64,000 nucleotides of DNA, taken from assembly GCA_943788815.1 (NCBI GenBank), contig CALSRS010000002.1, positions 573,766 to 637,765 on the forward strand, written 5' to 3'. Made by a program: the position numbers and the translations under genes. The stretch is from an uncultured Gammaproteobacteria bacterium. Its GTDB lineage: Bacteria; Pseudomonadota; Gammaproteobacteria; Eutrophobiales; Eutrophobiaceae. Positions 23,833 through 36,520 of this stretch are shown in pieces; the first letter of the stretch is position 1; every line of letters starts with the position of its first letter. The notes beneath the pieces were generated by a model. It was given only the letters and a program-made list of their open reading frames with translations, made no database searches and was not told the origin of the DNA.

Positions 23833-25077
23833 TCATTCAATTAGACTGTGGACTACAAGTCCACTTCTTAATTTTGGTTCAAACCAGGTTACTTTAGGTG
23901 GCATTATCAGGTCATTATCAGCAATATCCATGAGTTGCTTCATTGATACCGGGTACATAGCAAATGCAACCGCCATTTCACCCGAATCTACCCGACGCTT
24001 AAGTTCTTTTAGACCTCGTATACCACCTACAAATTCGATACGCTTATCAGTCCTGAGATCTTTGATATCAAGCAAGGGTTCGAGTATTTGCTTAGATAAA
24101 GCGGTCACATCAAGAACATCTATCGGGTCATTATCGTTATACACATCAGGATGTGCCTGTAATTTGTACCAATTACCATCTAGATACATTCCAATTTCAT
24201 GAAGTTCTTTTGGCTTAAATATTTCTTTCCCTATAAGGTTTATATCGAAACTTTTGGATATTGCTTCAATTAAAGATTCTGCAGTATGCCCATTCAGATC
24301 TTTTACCACACGGTTGTAATCAAATATTTGCAGCTGATTATCTGGAAAATGTACCGCCAGAAAATAATTATATTCCTCAGTGCCCTGGTGCGAAGGATTT
24401 TCTGCTTTGAGATCATTTCCCACCAGAGCTGCAGCTGCTGTTCTATGATGTCCATCTGCTACATAGGTCTCATTCATTTGAGAAAATATATCAACGATAG
24501 AATTAATCGTAGTTTCATTTTTAATAACCCAGAATCTGTGCTGAATACCATCATCAGTAATAAAGTCGTAAACAGGTAAGGCCTGTTTCTCACTTTCAAT
24601 TAATTGATCTAGGATTTCCTGCGATTGATAGGCAAAAAACACGGGTTCTGCATTTAACATTGAAATACGTACGTGATTTTTACGATCTGTTTCTTTGTCT
24701 GGACGGGTCAATTCATGTTTTTTAATCTTTCCTTGCATGTAATCTTCCACCGCAGCACAAGCAACAATTCCAGATTGAGATCTACCGTCCATGGTGAGTT
24801 CATAGATATAAAGACAATCAGTTTCATCCTGAATGAAGACATCCTGATCTATCAGTGTCTGGAAATTTTTCTTGCCAGCCTCATAAACCTGTTCGGAATA
24901 AGGATCAATATCATTTGTTAAGGTGATTTCTGGTTTAACCACGTTAAGGAATGAATAAGGATTTCCTTTTGCTTCGAGTCGTGCCTCATCGGAATCCAGG
25001 ACATCATATGGCCGGCTTGCAACCTGACTGGAATAATTCGATCTGGGTCTAAACCCTTTAAATGCTTTTATATCCAC
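23833..25077 (-). CDS. DUF1015 family protein
   Basis: 414 aa, conserved N-terminus FKGFRP...SRPYDVLD; characteristically encoded next to serA. Confidence 0.7.
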   Translation of the reverse strand: MDIKAFKGFRPRSNYSSQVASRPYDVLDSDEARLEAKGNPYSFLNVVKPEITLTNDIDPYSEQVYEAGKKNFQTLIDQDVFIQDETDCLYIYELTMDGRSQSGIVACAAVEDYMQGKIKKHELTRPDKETDRKNHVRISMLNAEPVFFAYQSQEILDQLIESEKQALPVYDFITDDGIQHRFWVIKNETTINSIVDIFSQMNETYVADGHHRTAAAALVGNDLKAENPSHQGTEEYNYFLAVHFPDNQLQIFDYNRVVKDLNGHTAESLIEAISKSFDINLIGKEIFKPKELHEIGMYLDGNWYKLQAHPDVYNDNDPIDVLDVTALSKQILEPLLDIKDLRTDKRIEFVGGIRGLKELKRRVDSGEMAVAFAMYPVSMKQLMDIADNDLIMPPKVTWFEPKLRSGLVVHSLIE

Positions 25078-26666
25078 TACAGGCTAACTTGCATTACCTT
25101 GCTAATAGCATTAATTTTTGAAATCTCATCGATAGTTTGCTTATCTAGAGTCACAGAGACGCCCATGATACCAATGGCCTTACTTCCTCCATTGACGATT
25201 CCAAGTTGCATACTGGAAATATTAATCTCCTGTTTTGCAAGAATAGAACTTACACCTGCTATTACACCAGGTTCATCCTTATGTCTTGTTATCAAAATAT
25301 GTCCGTCCAAAACCGCTTCAATATTATAATCATTGATCCTGACCAGTCTTGGATGTTTATTATCAAATAGTGTGCCTTCTACAACTGTCTTTTCATCATC
25401 TCCATGATGTGCCGTTAAACTCACTGTTGAATGATATCTCGGATGGTCTTCACAGGTACTTTCCATCAATTTCGTTCCATTTTTTAATGCGGTCGAAACT
25501 GCATTTACACTGTTTACCGGGGCAGACATTCGAGTACTTAATAGCCCCACCAGGCTTTCAACCGAAACAGATCTAACATCGCGCTTGCTTGCTTCACCAG
25601 ATAATGTCACGTCTAGCTGGGTTATAGGTACATCAACCATACCTCCCAATAATTTACCCAATCTGTTTGCCAGAATAATGTAAGGCTGTAATTTGATTAA
25701 TTCATCTGAAGATACTGGAGGCAAGTTAATAGCATTAATGGGTTCACCTGTTTGCAGGTATATTGAAATTTGACTGGCCAATTCAGTGCCTGCCGCTTTT
25801 TGAGCTTCATCTGTTGAGGCACCAAGGTGAGGTGTAAATACAATATTATCCAACTCGATTAACGGTGAGTCACTGGGAGGTTCTGTTTCGAACACGTCCA
25901 GCGCAGCTCCACCAAGATTGCCAGATTTTAAGGCTTCATATAAGGCCTGCTCGTCAACAAGACCGCCTCTGGCAACATTTATGATACGCGCACTTTTTTT
26001 CATCGTCTTAATACGATCCGCGTTTAATACCCCTCTGGTTTTATCATTAACTGGACAATGCAAGCTTATATAATCAGAGACCTTAACAAGTTCATCAACA
26101 TTAAGTGGTGTGATACCTTCGTTTTCAAATGCTTCATCAGTTACAAATGGATCAAATGCAACAATTTTCATTTTGAATGCCTTTGCACGTGAGGCAACAA
26201 TTCTTCCGATATTTCCAAAACCAATTATCCCTAGTGTTTTATTTGCCAGTTCAGCGCCCATAAATTTTGACCTTTCCCATTTCCCACTTCTAACGGAGCG
26301 ATCCGCAGCTGGCAGACTTCTACTTAATGAAAGGATATGAGCAAATGTTAATTCTGCAGTTGTTGTTGCATTTGCATCAGGTGTGTTCATGACGACAATT
26401 CCTTTCTCTGTCGCCTTCTCAATATCAATATTGTCAACACCAATACCGGCTCGACCGATTACTTGTAAAACATCGGAAGCCTCGATTACTTTTTCCGTTA
26501 TTTTTACAGCACTTCTTACCAAAATCGCATGATAGCCGGGAATTTTTGCACAAAGACCTGATTCATCCAATCCGTGTTCAACGTCTACCAAAAAGCCTGC
26601 TTGTTCCTTAAGATAATCAACACCATCCTGTGCAATTTTGTCTGCAATAAGAATTCTTTTTTCCAT
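25077..26666 (-). CDS. serA: D-3-phosphoglycerate dehydrogenase (long form with ASB and ACT domains)
   Basis: 2-hydroxyacid dehydrogenase fold GIIGFGNIGRIVA, 529 aa with C-terminal regulatory domains. Confidence 0.9.
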   Translation of the reverse strand: MEKRILIADKIAQDGVDYLKEQAGFLVDVEHGLDESGLCAKIPGYHAILVRSAVKITEKVIEASDVLQVIGRAGIGVDNIDIEKATEKGIVVMNTPDANATTTAELTFAHILSLSRSLPAADRSVRSGKWERSKFMGAELANKTLGIIGFGNIGRIVASRAKAFKMKIVAFDPFVTDEAFENEGITPLNVDELVKVSDYISLHCPVNDKTRGVLNADRIKTMKKSARIINVARGGLVDEQALYEALKSGNLGGAALDVFETEPPSDSPLIELDNIVFTPHLGASTDEAQKAAGTELASQISIYLQTGEPINAINLPPVSSDELIKLQPYIILANRLGKLLGGMVDVPITQLDVTLSGEASKRDVRSVSVESLVGLLSTRMSAPVNSVNAVSTALKNGTKLMESTCEDHPRYHSTVSLTAHHGDDEKTVVEGTLFDNKHPRLVRINDYNIEAVLDGHILITRHKDEPGVIAGVSSILAKQEINISSMQLGIVNGGSKAIGIMGVSVTLDKQTIDEISKINAISKVMQVSL

Positions 26667-26833
26667 AGTATTTCCGGTTAAAATTTTGAAATGTAGTTAA
26701 GGTTTAATTTCAAGATATATAATAGATTATACTGCGTTTTTATATACCTTCAGTAAAACAGGGGCTCATTGTAGAGGCCTTATTGTAAATTAAGAAATAA
26801 ATTGTTAAAACTTGTAAGAAGTAACAATACTGT

Positions 26834-28168
26834 TTACTGTGCCTGGAGCGCAGCTTCAACATCTTTGGCTAGCTGATTTGCCAATAAATTTACCTGATTT
26901 TCATTAATTCCCTCTACCATTACCCTCACCAGGGGCTCCGTTCCTGACGGTCTTAATAATACTCTTCCGTCATTTCCTAACTGATTCTCAATATCCTTAA
27001 CTAGCATATCTATTTCAGGAATTTTTGTTATATCTGAGTCAGGTAAGGTGTTTACATTAATAAGTACTTGTGGGCACTTTTGCATACCAGTTTTCAATTC
27101 CTTCAATGACTTACTGCTTTTTATCATTGTTTCCAGTACCAGCAAGGCAGAGATTATTCCGTCCCCTGTTGTAGCCTTACTCAAATTAATTATATGTCCA
27201 GACGACTCACCACCTAGAATCAGGTGTTTTGATCTCAGTTGATCCATTACATAACGATCGCCAACATTAGCCCTGATAAAATCCAGGTTCATATTTAGTA
27301 TTGCTTTTTCTAAGCCAAGATTACTCATTAAGGTACCTACAACTGCACCATTGAGTGAATTTAATTCAGAGTTTGCAATGATATACAGGATTTCATCGCC
27401 ATCGACAGTGTTTCCATCTTCATCTACCAGAATTAACCTGTCGCCATCACCATCAAGGGCGATACCAATATCGGCATTATGCTCAACTACCGATTGCTGA
27501 ATATTTTTTGGGTTCGTTGCACCATATCCATCATTGATATTTTTTCCGTCGGGATTAGCGCCAATGACTACAACATTAGCCCCAAGCTCTTCAAATACTT
27601 GTGGCGCAATATGATATGTTGCACCATGGGCACAATCTATCACGACCTTAAGGTCACCAAGGTTGATACTATTATCTAATCTACTTTTACAAAATTCTAT
27701 ATATCTTCTTGGGGCATCATTAATACGCCTGGCCTTGCCCAATTTTGTTGACTCAATAACCTGCATGGGTTTATCGAGCTCTGATTCAATTTCCTGTTCT
27801 AATTCATCGTCAAGCTTATATCCATCAACAGAAAAAAATTTAAACCCGTTATCGTTATACGGATTATGGGATGCACTTATAACAATACCTGCCTGAGCTC
27901 GAGTGTTATTAGTCAGATAGGCGATGCCAGGTGTAGGCATAGGACCTAATAAACGAATATCTACTCCCGCAGCAGACAAACCCGATTCCAGTGCAGATTC
28001 CAGCATGTAGCCAGATAGTCGCGTATCCTTTCCGATTAACACCGGGCCAGCGCCCTCCCTCGCAAGTACACGGCCTGCCGCCCAGCCAAGTCGCATGGCA
28101 AAATCAGGAGTAATTGGATACTCACCCACTTTTCCGCGTATACCGTCAGTGCCGAAAAGTTTTCTCAT
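26834..28168 (-). CDS. glmM: phosphoglucosamine mutase
   Basis: [13 protein letters not shown]-terminus, active-site Ser loop SASHNPY, 444 aa. Confidence 0.93.
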   Translation of the reverse strand: MRKLFGTDGIRGKVGEYPITPDFAMRLGWAAGRVLAREGAGPVLIGKDTRLSGYMLESALESGLSAAGVDIRLLGPMPTPGIAYLTNNTRAQAGIVISASHNPYNDNGFKFFSVDGYKLDDELEQEIESELDKPMQVIESTKLGKARRINDAPRRYIEFCKSRLDNSINLGDLKVVIDCAHGATYHIAPQVFEELGANVVVIGANPDGKNINDGYGATNPKNIQQSVVEHNADIGIALDGDGDRLILVDEDGNTVDGDEILYIIANSELNSLNGAVVGTLMSNLGLEKAILNMNLDFIRANVGDRYVMDQLRSKHLILGGESSGHIINLSKATTGDGIISALLVLETMIKSSKSLKELKTGMQKCPQVLINVNTLPDSDITKIPEIDMLVKDIENQLGNDGRVLLRPSGTEPLVRVMVEGINENQVNLLANQLAKDVEAALQAQ

Positions 28169-28213
28169 ACAGGTTTAGAGTATTTTATCTCAAACAAAAT
28201 GACCCAGTAATAC

Positions 28214-30175
28214 TCAGGGTTTCGCAGGATTTGCAATGGTTGGATCTTCTGAATCATCTTTAGTATCAGAGGATTTCACCTTGCTTGAAGCTTTTTTCTT
28301 GACCTTTCTTCCAGGCTTCTTTTTCAGACTGCCCGACTCATGATCATCATCGCCCCAATCTGATGGAGGGCGAGGTGTTCTTCCTTCCATGATGTCATCT
28401 ATCTGATGACTATCCAGTGTCTCATACTTCATTAAAGCATCTGCCATAATATGCAGCTTATCAATATGAGATTTTAATATATCCTCAGCCGTATTATAGT
28501 TCCTGTCTATTATGTCCTTAATTTCTGAATCTATCAGGCGAGCAGTCTCATTTGAAATCTCTTTATGCTTTGTAACTGAGTGACCAAGAAAAACCTCACC
28601 TTCTTCTTCATCGTAGGTTAATGGACCCAGTTTTTCAGACAAACCCCATTTCGTCACCATACTTCTTGCAATTGAGGTTGCCCTTTGAATATCGTTAGAG
28701 GCACCTGTCGTCACCGAGTCATGTCCAAATATCAACTCTTCGGCAATTCTGCCACCAAACAGACTACATAACTGACTCTCAAGGAATTTCTTACTATAAC
28801 TTAAGCGGTCAGACTCAGGTAGAAACATGGTAACACCCAGTGCCCTGCCCCTGGGAATAATGGACACTTTGTAGACGGGATCATGACCTGGCATGGAACG
28901 ACCGACGATAGTGTGCCCAGCCTCATGATATGCGGTAAGCTTCTTTTCATCGTCACTCATAACCATGGAACGACGCTCAGCGCCCATCATTACCTTGTCC
29001 TTGGCACGTTCAAAATCTTCCATTTCAACAAGCTTTTTATTTCCGCGTGCTGCGAACAATGCAGCTTCGTTCACCAAATTAGCAAGGTCAGCTCCGGAAA
29101 AACCTGGTGTACCCCTTGCAATAACGCTGGCATCAACATTGTCACCCAAGGCTACCTTTCGCATATGGACCTTTAATATCTGGTCGCGACCACGGATATC
29201 CGGCAATGGCACAACCACCTGGCGGTCAAAACGCCCTGGTCTAAGCAGTGCAGGATCCAGCACATCCGGACGGTTTGTTGCAGCAATAACAATTACGCCT
29301 TCAGTCCCTTCAAAGCCATCCATTTCTACCAGCAACTGGTTTAATGTTTGTTCACGTTCATCGTGGCCACCGCCCAAACCAGCGCCTCTGTGCCGACCAA
29401 CAGCATCGATTTCATCAATAAAAATAATACACGGGGCATGTTTTTTTGCCTGCTCAAACATATCACGGACCCTGGAAGCACCAACTCCAACAAACATTTC
29501 AACAAAGTCAGATCCGGATATCGTGAAAAATGGCACCTTTGCCTCACCAGCGATTGCCTTTGCCAGCAGGGTCTTACCAGTACCTGGAGAACCAACCATC
29601 AATACACCTGAAGGAATCTTTCCTCCCAGCTTCTGAAACTTTGTCGGGTCACGTAAAAATTCTACCAGTTCTGAAACTTCTTCTTTCGCCTCTTCAACAC
29701 CAGCAACATCATTAAATGTAATTTTTACCTGATCTTCACCCAACATGCGTGCACGACTCTTACCGAAAGACATTGCACCACGACCACCACCACCTCCTTG
29801 CATCTGGCGCATAAAATAGATCCAGATTCCCAGCAATAACAGGATTGGGAACCATGAAATCAGTGCCTGGGCCCAGAAGGAATTTCGTGGTGCGGCACCA
29901 AGCAGTTCAACATTGTTCTCCAGCAATGTACCAATAAGTGCATCATTACTGGTCTCAGGGCTATAACTTATGAAACGGCTGCCATCAGTGAATTCACCAT
30001 TAACCGTGCTTCCTTCGATAGTGACGGAATCGATACGCCCGGTTTTTACATTTGATATGAATTGTGAATAGGGAATGGTTGAACTTGAGGTTGGTGCCCC
30101 AAAATTTTTGAATACCATCATTAATACCAAGGCAATAATGACCCATAACACCAGATTCTTTCCGAAATCGTTCAA
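28214..30175 (-). CDS. ftsH: ATP-dependent zinc metalloprotease FtsH
   Basis: two TM segments, AAA+ Walker A GSPGTGKT, zinc motif HEAGH. Confidence 0.95.
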   Translation of the reverse strand: MNDFGKNLVLWVIIALVLMMVFKNFGAPTSSSTIPYSQFISNVKTGRIDSVTIEGSTVNGEFTDGSRFISYSPETSNDALIGTLLENNVELLGAAPRNSFWAQALISWFPILLLLGIWIYFMRQMQGGGGGRGAMSFGKSRARMLGEDQVKITFNDVAGVEEAKEEVSELVEFLRDPTKFQKLGGKIPSGVLMVGSPGTGKTLLAKAIAGEAKVPFFTISGSDFVEMFVGVGASRVRDMFEQAKKHAPCIIFIDEIDAVGRHRGAGLGGGHDEREQTLNQLLVEMDGFEGTEGVIVIAATNRPDVLDPALLRPGRFDRQVVVPLPDIRGRDQILKVHMRKVALGDNVDASVIARGTPGFSGADLANLVNEAALFAARGNKKLVEMEDFERAKDKVMMGAERRSMVMSDDEKKLTAYHEAGHTIVGRSMPGHDPVYKVSIIPRGRALGVTMFLPESDRLSYSKKFLESQLCSLFGGRIAEELIFGHDSVTTGASNDIQRATSIARSMVTKWGLSEKLGPLTYDEEEGEVFLGHSVTKHKEISNETARLIDSEIKDIIDRNYNTAEDILKSHIDKLHIMADALMKYETLDSHQIDDIMEGRTPRPPSDWGDDDHESGSLKKKPGRKVKKKASSKVKSSDTKDDSEDPTIANPAKP

Positions 30176-30295
30176 AGCTGCTCCTTATATATATCTATGT
30201 AAATCAATTGTTTGACCGAGGATAAGATGGAAAATTCGGTTGACCAATAAATAAAGGTTTTTTTTATGAATTGTTAATATGTCTTAATCGGTAAA

Positions 30296-30907
30296 TTATA
30301 TCTCATATCCACATCCCAGCATATAAATCTCCCTGGAACTATCTCTGGATGCTCGAGGCTTCCTCACCATAACTCTTTGAAATTTAGACGTTAATTCATT
30401 CCTGAACGCATCTATTTCACTACCTTCAAACAATTTTATCAACAATCCTCCTCCGGGTTTTAAAATCTTAAATGCGACATCAACCACGGATTTTGCTAAT
30501 TCAAGGCTCCTGGCCTGATCAGTATCTCTAATACCAGTTAAATTGGGGGCAATATCTGAAATTACAAGATCTATCTGTCGCTGTCCGGACAAAGTAATAC
30601 ATTGATGAAACGTCTGCTCATCCAAAATATCACCTAAAATAAACTCTACACCCGGTATATCCGTCATTTCCAGTCGATCAATTGCAATCAATTTTCCACC
30701 GGGCTTAATTTTCTTTGAAGCGTACTGGCTCCATCCTCCAGGGGCTGCACCAAGATCAAGAATATACATTCCTGGACGAATTAATCGGTCCTTTTCATCA
30801 ATTTCCTGTAGTTTATAAACGGCTCTGGAACGGTAGTTTTCTTTTCTAGCACTTTTTACGTAGTGGTCATTATTTTGCCGATGTACCCAGGACTTGTTGC
30901 GTTTCAT
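30296..30907 (-). CDS. rlmE: 23S rRNA (uridine2552-2'-O)-methyltransferase RlmE/FtsJ
   Basis: SAM motif ILDLGAAPGGWSQ; 203 aa; upstream of ftsH. Confidence 0.9.
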   Translation of the reverse strand: MKRNKSWVHRQNNDHYVKSARKENYRSRAVYKLQEIDEKDRLIRPGMYILDLGAAPGGWSQYASKKIKPGGKLIAIDRLEMTDIPGVEFILGDILDEQTFHQCITLSGQRQIDLVISDIAPNLTGIRDTDQARSLELAKSVVDVAFKILKPGGGLLIKLFEGSEIDAFRNELTSKFQRVMVRKPRASRDSSREIYMLGCGYEI

Positions 30908-30951
30908 CGGGTGAAAATTTAGTTATTGAATGCTTGAAACATAAAATTCAC

Positions 30952-31425
30952 TTATATGTAGTTTATTTCAAGAATCTCATATTCCACAATCCCTGCCGGC
31001 GCATTTACCTCAACTATATCTCCTAACTCCTTCCCAATCATTGCCTTGGCAATTGGCGATGTGATAGACACGAGTCCCATTTCAAGATCTGCTTCCTCTT
31101 CTCCAACAATCTGATATACAACTTCCTTGCTATCATCAAGGTTCTCAAGTTTCACAGTGGCTCCAAATACAATCTTATCACCAGCATCGATGGTCAATAT
31201 GTCTATAATCTGGGCCGTTGACAAAACAGATTCCAAAGATGCAATTTTTCCTTCAACAAATCCTTGCTGCTCTTTCGCTGCATGATATTCTGCATTTTCA
31301 CTCAGATCACCATGACTACGTGCTTCAGATATGGCTTCAATAATTCTTGGTCTATCTTCGCTCTTGAGTTTATATAACGTCTCCCGAAGCCTTTCGGCAC
31401 CTTTTGAAGTTAATGGTGTGCTCAT
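30952..31425 (-). CDS. greA: transcription elongation factor GreA
   Basis: 157 aa, conserved N-terminal coiled-coil and C-terminal FKBP-like domain; downstream of carB. Confidence 0.9.
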   Translation of the reverse strand: MSTPLTSKGAERLRETLYKLKSEDRPRIIEAISEARSHGDLSENAEYHAAKEQQGFVEGKIASLESVLSTAQIIDILTIDAGDKIVFGATVKLENLDDSKEVVYQIVGEEEADLEMGLVSITSPIAKAMIGKELGDIVEVNAPAGIVEYEILEINYI

Positions 31426-34400
31426 AGCTTTACTCCTTTATGTAATTCTTGCAGACAATAAACCTCATTTAAATCCAGACACTTGAGCGCATTTACTGTT
31501 GCTGTCGCGCCTGCGATTGTCGTTGTATAAAACACTTTGTGCTGCAATGCAGTTCTGCGAATGGAATAAGAATCTGCGACTGCTTTTTTCCCTTCTGTGG
31601 TATTAATTATCAGACTGATCTCATCATTTTTCAGCATATCAACGATGTGAGGTTGACCTTCCCTGACCTTGTTTATACCCAGACAATCGACACCAGCATC
31701 CCTTATGGATTTCGCGGTACCGTGGGTAGCACAAATTTCAAATCCTAATTTATCAAGCTCAATTGCAATTTGTTGAGCACTTTCTTTATCAGTATCTCGC
31801 ACACTGATAAAAGCTAATCCACTTTCGGGAATTTTACTGCCAGCCCCTAATTGCGCTTTTGCAAACGCTTCTCCAAAACTTTTCCCAACACCCATCACTT
31901 CGCCAGTAGATTTCATTTCAGGTCCAAGCAAAGGATCTACTTCAGGAAATTTTATAAATGGAAAGACTGCTTCTTTAACCGAAATATAATCTGGAGTAAT
32001 ACATGAATTTACATTCTGCTGATCAAGGGTGATATCAATCATACATTTAGCTGCAATTTTAGCTAAAGGAACACTAGTCGCTTTTGATACAAATGGCACT
32101 GTACGGGAGGCGCGAGGATTAACTTCCAAAACATATATCTGGCCCTTCTGTATGGCAAATTGAGTATTCATTAAGCCCTTTACTTGAAGTCCTTTTGCCA
32201 TTTTGGTTACCTGCTTAATCAATTCATCTTGAACAGATTTATCAAGGTTATAAGGTGGTAAGGAACATGCCGAATCACCAGAGTGGACTCCTGCTTGTTC
32301 AATATGTTCCATTATCCCACCTATAATTACACGTTCTCCATCTGACACTGCATCTACATCCACTTCAATTGCATCATTCAGAAATTTATCAAGTAGTACC
32401 GGCGACTCATTTGATACTGATACAGCCACTTTCATATAGTTTTGTAAGTCTTCTTTTGAATAAACGATTTCCATTGCACGACCACCCAGTACATATGATG
32501 GTCTGACAACAAGTGGATACCCGATCTCTTCCGCAAGTTTAACGGCATCATCAGTTGTCCTGGCCGTGCGGTTCGGTGGTTGAAGTAAGCCGAGTTTATC
32601 CAGAAATTTCTGAAACCGTTCCCTGTCTTCTGCAAGATCAATGGAATCAGGTGAGGTACCAATAATCGGTGCGCCTGCGGCTTCCAGATCTCGTGCCAGT
32701 TTTAATGGGGTCTGTCCTCCAAACTGGACAATCACACCTTCTGGTTTTTCAACTCGAATTACTTCCAGTACATCTTCCAGTGTTAGTGGCTCAAAATAGA
32801 GGCGATCTGATATGTCATAGTCTGTAGATACTGTTTCTGGATTACAGTTAATCATGATTGATTCGTATCCTGCCTCCTTCATTGCCATTGCGGCCTGAAC
32901 ACAGCAATAATCAAATTCAATCCCTTGTCCTATCCGATTTGGCCCACCTCCGAGGATGATAACTTTTTTATTATTTCCTGGATTGGCCTCACATTCTTCC
33001 TCATAAGTCGAATACATATAGGCAGTCGATGTTGAAAATTCTGCAGCACAAGAATCGACTCGCTTGTATACAGGGTGTATCCCATGTGTTTTTCGTGATT
33101 CTCGGATAAACTCTTCTTTTACATTTAATAAAGTAGCAATCCGTGAGTCAGCAAAGCCTTTCTTTTTAAGGCTGAGTAAATAATCTTTACCAATATCTTT
33201 TTTATTTGTTGATACAAGATTTTTTTCTTCTTCAATCAAGTCCTGAATCTGCGTAAGAAACCACATATCAATATGGGTAATAGCATGAATTTCATCGATA
33301 CTCATACCTGACCTGAAAGCATCTCCTATGTAAAGTAGACGATCAGATCTGGTATTGGAGATACCACCTCTTACAATATCGTCCGCATCAGCATCCTTCA
33401 AATCTACCTGTTCAACAAAACCATCTATACCAGTTTCGAGACCTCGAAGGGCCTTTTGCAATGATTCCTGAAACGTTCTACCCATTGCCATTACTTCACC
33501 CACAGATTTCATCTGTGTTGAAATACAATCTACAGCTTGTGGAAATTTTTCAAATGTAAATCGGGGAATCTTGGTTACGACATAATCTATTGAAGGTTCA
33601 AAAGATGCAGGAGTTTTACCTCCCGTTATTTCATTTTGAAGTTCATCAAGGGTATATCCAACTGCTAGCTTTGCAGCAATCTTTGCAATTGGAAATCCTG
33701 TAGCTTTAGAAGCCAATGCAGAAGAGCGCGAAACCCTGGGGTTCATTTCAATGATGACAAGATTCCCAGTATCCGGGTCGACAGCAAACTGAACATTAGA
33801 CCCTCCCGTATCGACACCGATTTCTCGTAATACAGCAATAGATGCATTACGCATTATTTGATATTCCTTATCAGTTAATGTCTGTGCTGGAGCAACAGTA
33901 ATTGAGTCTCCGGTATGCATACCCATGGGGTCCAGATTTTCAATTGAACAGACAATAATGCAGTTGTCCTTATTGTCCCTGACAACTTCCATTTCAAACT
34001 CTTTCCATCCAATGATGGACTTTTCAATTAACACTTCATTAGTTGGTGAAGCATCAATCCCACGTTCACATATATCTAAAAAGTCCTCTTTGTTATAGGC
34101 AATGCCACCACCAGTACCACCCAAAGTGAATGAAGGTCTAATAATGGCTGGAAAACCTATTTCTTTCATTGCCGCTTTTGCTTCGTCCAAATCATGAGCC
34201 AACACTGAATATGGCATATCCAGTCCAATCCTTTGCATTGCATCTCTGAATTTTTCCCTGTCTTCTGCTGTATCTATTGCTTCCTTAGTGGCTCCGATTA
34301 ATTCCACCGAATATTTGTCTAGCACTCCCATTCTTGCAAGATCCAGTGCACAGTTCAGTCCAGTTTGTCCACCCATGGTTGGAAGAATGGCATCAGGTCT

Positions 34401-34643
34401 TTCTTTTTCTATGATTCGTTCTACTGTTTGCCAGTGAACAGGCTCTATGTATGTTGCATCAGCCATATCTGGATCAGTCATGATAGTTGCGGGATTAGAA
34501 TTCACCAGAATCACCCGGTAACCTTCTTCTCTCAATGCCTTACACGCCTGTGCACCAGAATAATCAAATTCACATGCCTGTCCTATTACAATGGGACCAG
34601 CACCTATGATCAATACACTCTCTATATCAGTTCTTTTTGGCAT
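31422..34643 (-). CDS. carB: carbamoyl-phosphate synthase large subunit
   Basis: 1073 aa, duplicated ATP-grasp halves, MGS-like C-terminal domain. Confidence 0.95.
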   Translation of the reverse strand: MPKRTDIESVLIIGAGPIVIGQACEFDYSGAQACKALREEGYRVILVNSNPATIMTDPDMADATYIEPVHWQTVERIIEKERPDAILPTMGGQTGLNCALDLARMGVLDKYSVELIGATKEAIDTAEDREKFRDAMQRIGLDMPYSVLAHDLDEAKAAMKEIGFPAIIRPSFTLGGTGGGIAYNKEDFLDICERGIDASPTNEVLIEKSIIGWKEFEMEVVRDNKDNCIIVCSIENLDPMGMHTGDSITVAPAQTLTDKEYQIMRNASIAVLREIGVDTGGSNVQFAVDPDTGNLVIIEMNPRVSRSSALASKATGFPIAKIAAKLAVGYTLDELQNEITGGKTPASFEPSIDYVVTKIPRFTFEKFPQAVDCISTQMKSVGEVMAMGRTFQESLQKALRGLETGIDGFVEQVDLKDADADDIVRGGISNTRSDRLLYIGDAFRSGMSIDEIHAITHIDMWFLTQIQDLIEEEKNLVSTNKKDIGKDYLLSLKKKGFADSRIATLLNVKEEFIRESRKTHGIHPVYKRVDSCAAEFSTSTAYMYSTYEEECEANPGNNKKVIILGGGPNRIGQGIEFDYCCVQAAMAMKEAGYESIMINCNPETVSTDYDISDRLYFEPLTLEDVLEVIRVEKPEGVIVQFGGQTPLKLARDLEAAGAPIIGTSPDSIDLAEDRERFQKFLDKLGLLQPPNRTARTTDDAVKLAEEIGYPLVVRPSYVLGGRAMEIVYSKEDLQNYMKVAVSVSNESPVLLDKFLNDAIEVDVDAVSDGERVIIGGIMEHIEQAGVHSGDSACSLPPYNLDKSVQDELIKQVTKMAKGLQVKGLMNTQFAIQKGQIYVLEVNPRASRTVPFVSKATSVPLAKIAAKCMIDITLDQQNVNSCITPDYISVKEAVFPFIKFPEVDPLLGPEMKSTGEVMGVGKSFGEAFAKAQLGAGSKIPESGLAFISVRDTDKESAQQIAIELDKLGFEICATHGTAKSIRDAGVDCLGINKVREGQPHIVDMLKNDEISLIINTTEGKKAVADSYSIRRTALQHKVFYTTTIAGATATVNALKCLDLNEVYCLQELHKGVKL

Positions 34644-34645
34644 GA

Positions 34646-35797
34646 TTAACTTTGTAGCTTCTGTTTTCTTGACAACATAAGTGAAATAAAATCATTAAAT
34701 AAATATTGAATATCATGAGGCCCAGGACTGGCTTCAGGATGCCCCTGAAATCCAAATGCAGGAACCCTTGTATGCCTGATTCCCTGCAAGGAACCATCGA
34801 ATAATGACCGGTGAGTTGCCTTAAGAACTGATGGCAAGCTATCTTCATTGACAGCAAACCCGTGATTCTGACTGGTTATTAATACCCTTTTGTCTCTTAA
34901 ATCCTGGACGGGATGATTCGCACCATGATGTCCAAATTTCATTTTTTCAGTTTTTGCACCAGCAGCTAGTGCAAGAAGCTGATGACCCAGACATATTCCA
35001 AATATTGGAATATCCATAGTGAGAAATTCCTGAATTGATTCTATAGCATAACGACATGGATCAGGGTCACCTGGGCCATTGGATAAAAATATCCCGTCAG
35101 GATTTTGCTCTATAACATCTTTAGCACTGGTAGTTGCGGGCACAACAGTCACAGAACAACCAAGCTCAACCAATATCCTTAGAATATTTCTTTTTACTCC
35201 AAAATCATAAGCAATGACTTTATATTTTTCTGATGGTCCTACGCTTGATGTCTTAAATTTGGCGTTGAGAGACCAGACTCCCTCTGACCATGTATAGCTT
35301 TCGGGCGTTGTCACTTGTTTTGCAAGATCTGCACCTTTCAACCCAGGAAAAGTCCTGGCTGCACTGATCGCTTTTTCAGGGTCCAGGTCGACACCAGCGA
35401 TGATACAACCATTTAGAGAACCTTTACTTCGAAGAATAGTAGTCAGTCTTCTAGTATCGATGTCTGCTATTGCAACAAGATTTTGTTCCTGTAAATATTG
35501 TGTTAAAGGTTTTTCAGATCGCCAATTACTGGTAATAAAAGGAAGTTGTTTAATAATTAATCCGCTCGCAAAAATTCTATTTGCTTCATCGTCCTCATCA
35601 TTAACACCCACGTTACCTATATGAGGATAAGTCATAGTAACCATTTGTTGGCTATAAGATGGATCCGAAAGGATTTCCTGATAACCTGTCATTGAAGTAT
35701 TAAAAACAACTTCACCCACAGTCGTACCATCACTTCCAATAGACTGTCCAAAAAACAGGCTACCATCTTCCAACGCTAACAGCGCAGAGTTACCCAC
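34646..35797 (-). CDS. carA: carbamoyl-phosphate synthase small subunit (glutamine amidotransferase)
   Basis: GATase class I triad region GICLGHQLL; 383 aa; 2 nt upstream of carB. Confidence 0.95.
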   Translation of the reverse strand: MGNSALLALEDGSLFFGQSIGSDGTTVGEVVFNTSMTGYQEILSDPSYSQQMVTMTYPHIGNVGVNDEDDEANRIFASGLIIKQLPFITSNWRSEKPLTQYLQEQNLVAIADIDTRRLTTILRSKGSLNGCIIAGVDLDPEKAISAARTFPGLKGADLAKQVTTPESYTWSEGVWSLNAKFKTSSVGPSEKYKVIAYDFGVKRNILRILVELGCSVTVVPATTSAKDVIEQNPDGIFLSNGPGDPDPCRYAIESIQEFLTMDIPIFGICLGHQLLALAAGAKTEKMKFGHHGANHPVQDLRDKRVLITSQNHGFAVNEDSLPSVLKATHRSLFDGSLQGIRHTRVPAFGFQGHPEASPGPHDIQYLFNDFISLMLSRKQKLQS

Positions 35798-35880
35798 ATA
35801 ATTCTCCTGAAAAGATCCATAAATGGTATTATTTTAATTAATAAATATGTGCCATCGATTCACACCATCAATACACATAC

Positions 35881-35916
35881 AAAACGGGAGTTAACGCGGA
35901 CATTAACTCCCGTTTT
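35881..35916. promoter_or_regulatory. perfect 14-bp inverted repeat hairpin (AAAACGGGAGTTAA-8nt-TTAACTCCCGTTTT) flanked by A- and T-tracts, bidirectional terminator/attenuator-like
   Basis: seen directly in the divergent carA / Rieske intergenic region, about 80 nt upstream of carA ATG. Confidence 0.5.
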
Positions 35917-35960
35917 ATGAGATGAGTTAAAATTGTACTTAAAATCACCGATTCGTGTCT

Positions 35961-36329
35961 ATGATGAAACATAACATTGAAGTAAATAATTCACAATTAA
36001 GAGTACTGTGCTCATTAGATGACATACCGTCGAATGGTGCCAGAGGATATATTGTCAACACGCAGAGTCAACTGTACCGTCTAATTGCCTTAAAAACCGA
36101 TTCAGGTATTTTCTTATATGAAAATCGTTGTCCACATATAGGCACTCCTCTTGACTGGACACCGGATCAGTTCCTTGATGAGAGCTATAAACTAATTCAA
36201 TGCTCTACTCACGGTGCATTATTCCGAATTGAAGACGGATATTGCATTTTTGGCCCTTGTGCCGGCCAGAGTTTAAGAGAAATTCAATATGAAATCAGGA
36301 AAAATCAGGTATTTATTTCTCTACCCTGA
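35961..36329 (+). CDS. small Rieske [2Fe-2S] domain protein
   Basis: CPH-x15-CSTHG ligand boxes (CPHIGTPL...CSTHGALF); ATG at 35961 preferred over GTG at 35955. Confidence 0.7.
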   Translation: MMKHNIEVNNSQLRVLCSLDDIPSNGARGYIVNTQSQLYRLIALKTDSGIFLYENRCPHIGTPLDWTPDQFLDESYKLIQCSTHGALFRIEDGYCIFGPCAGQSLREIQYEIRKNQVFISLP

Positions 36330-36520
36330 TTTTTTCAGTAATCCCTCCCGACTTTTTCATGTGGAAATTATCGTAACTCATTGCAATTAATAGTATTTTG
36401 CTGTCTTATATCGCAATAACCAGGTCAATCTAATATGAAATTTAACTTTCCAGAATTCAGGATTACGATATCTCCAGATTCATAGAATTTAATATAAATA
36501 CCCGATAAAACCATTATTTC

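Noticed and set aside
28965-29636. 223-aa plus-strand ORF
   Set aside because: Antisense to the highly conserved ftsH AAA+ domain; typical shadow ORF
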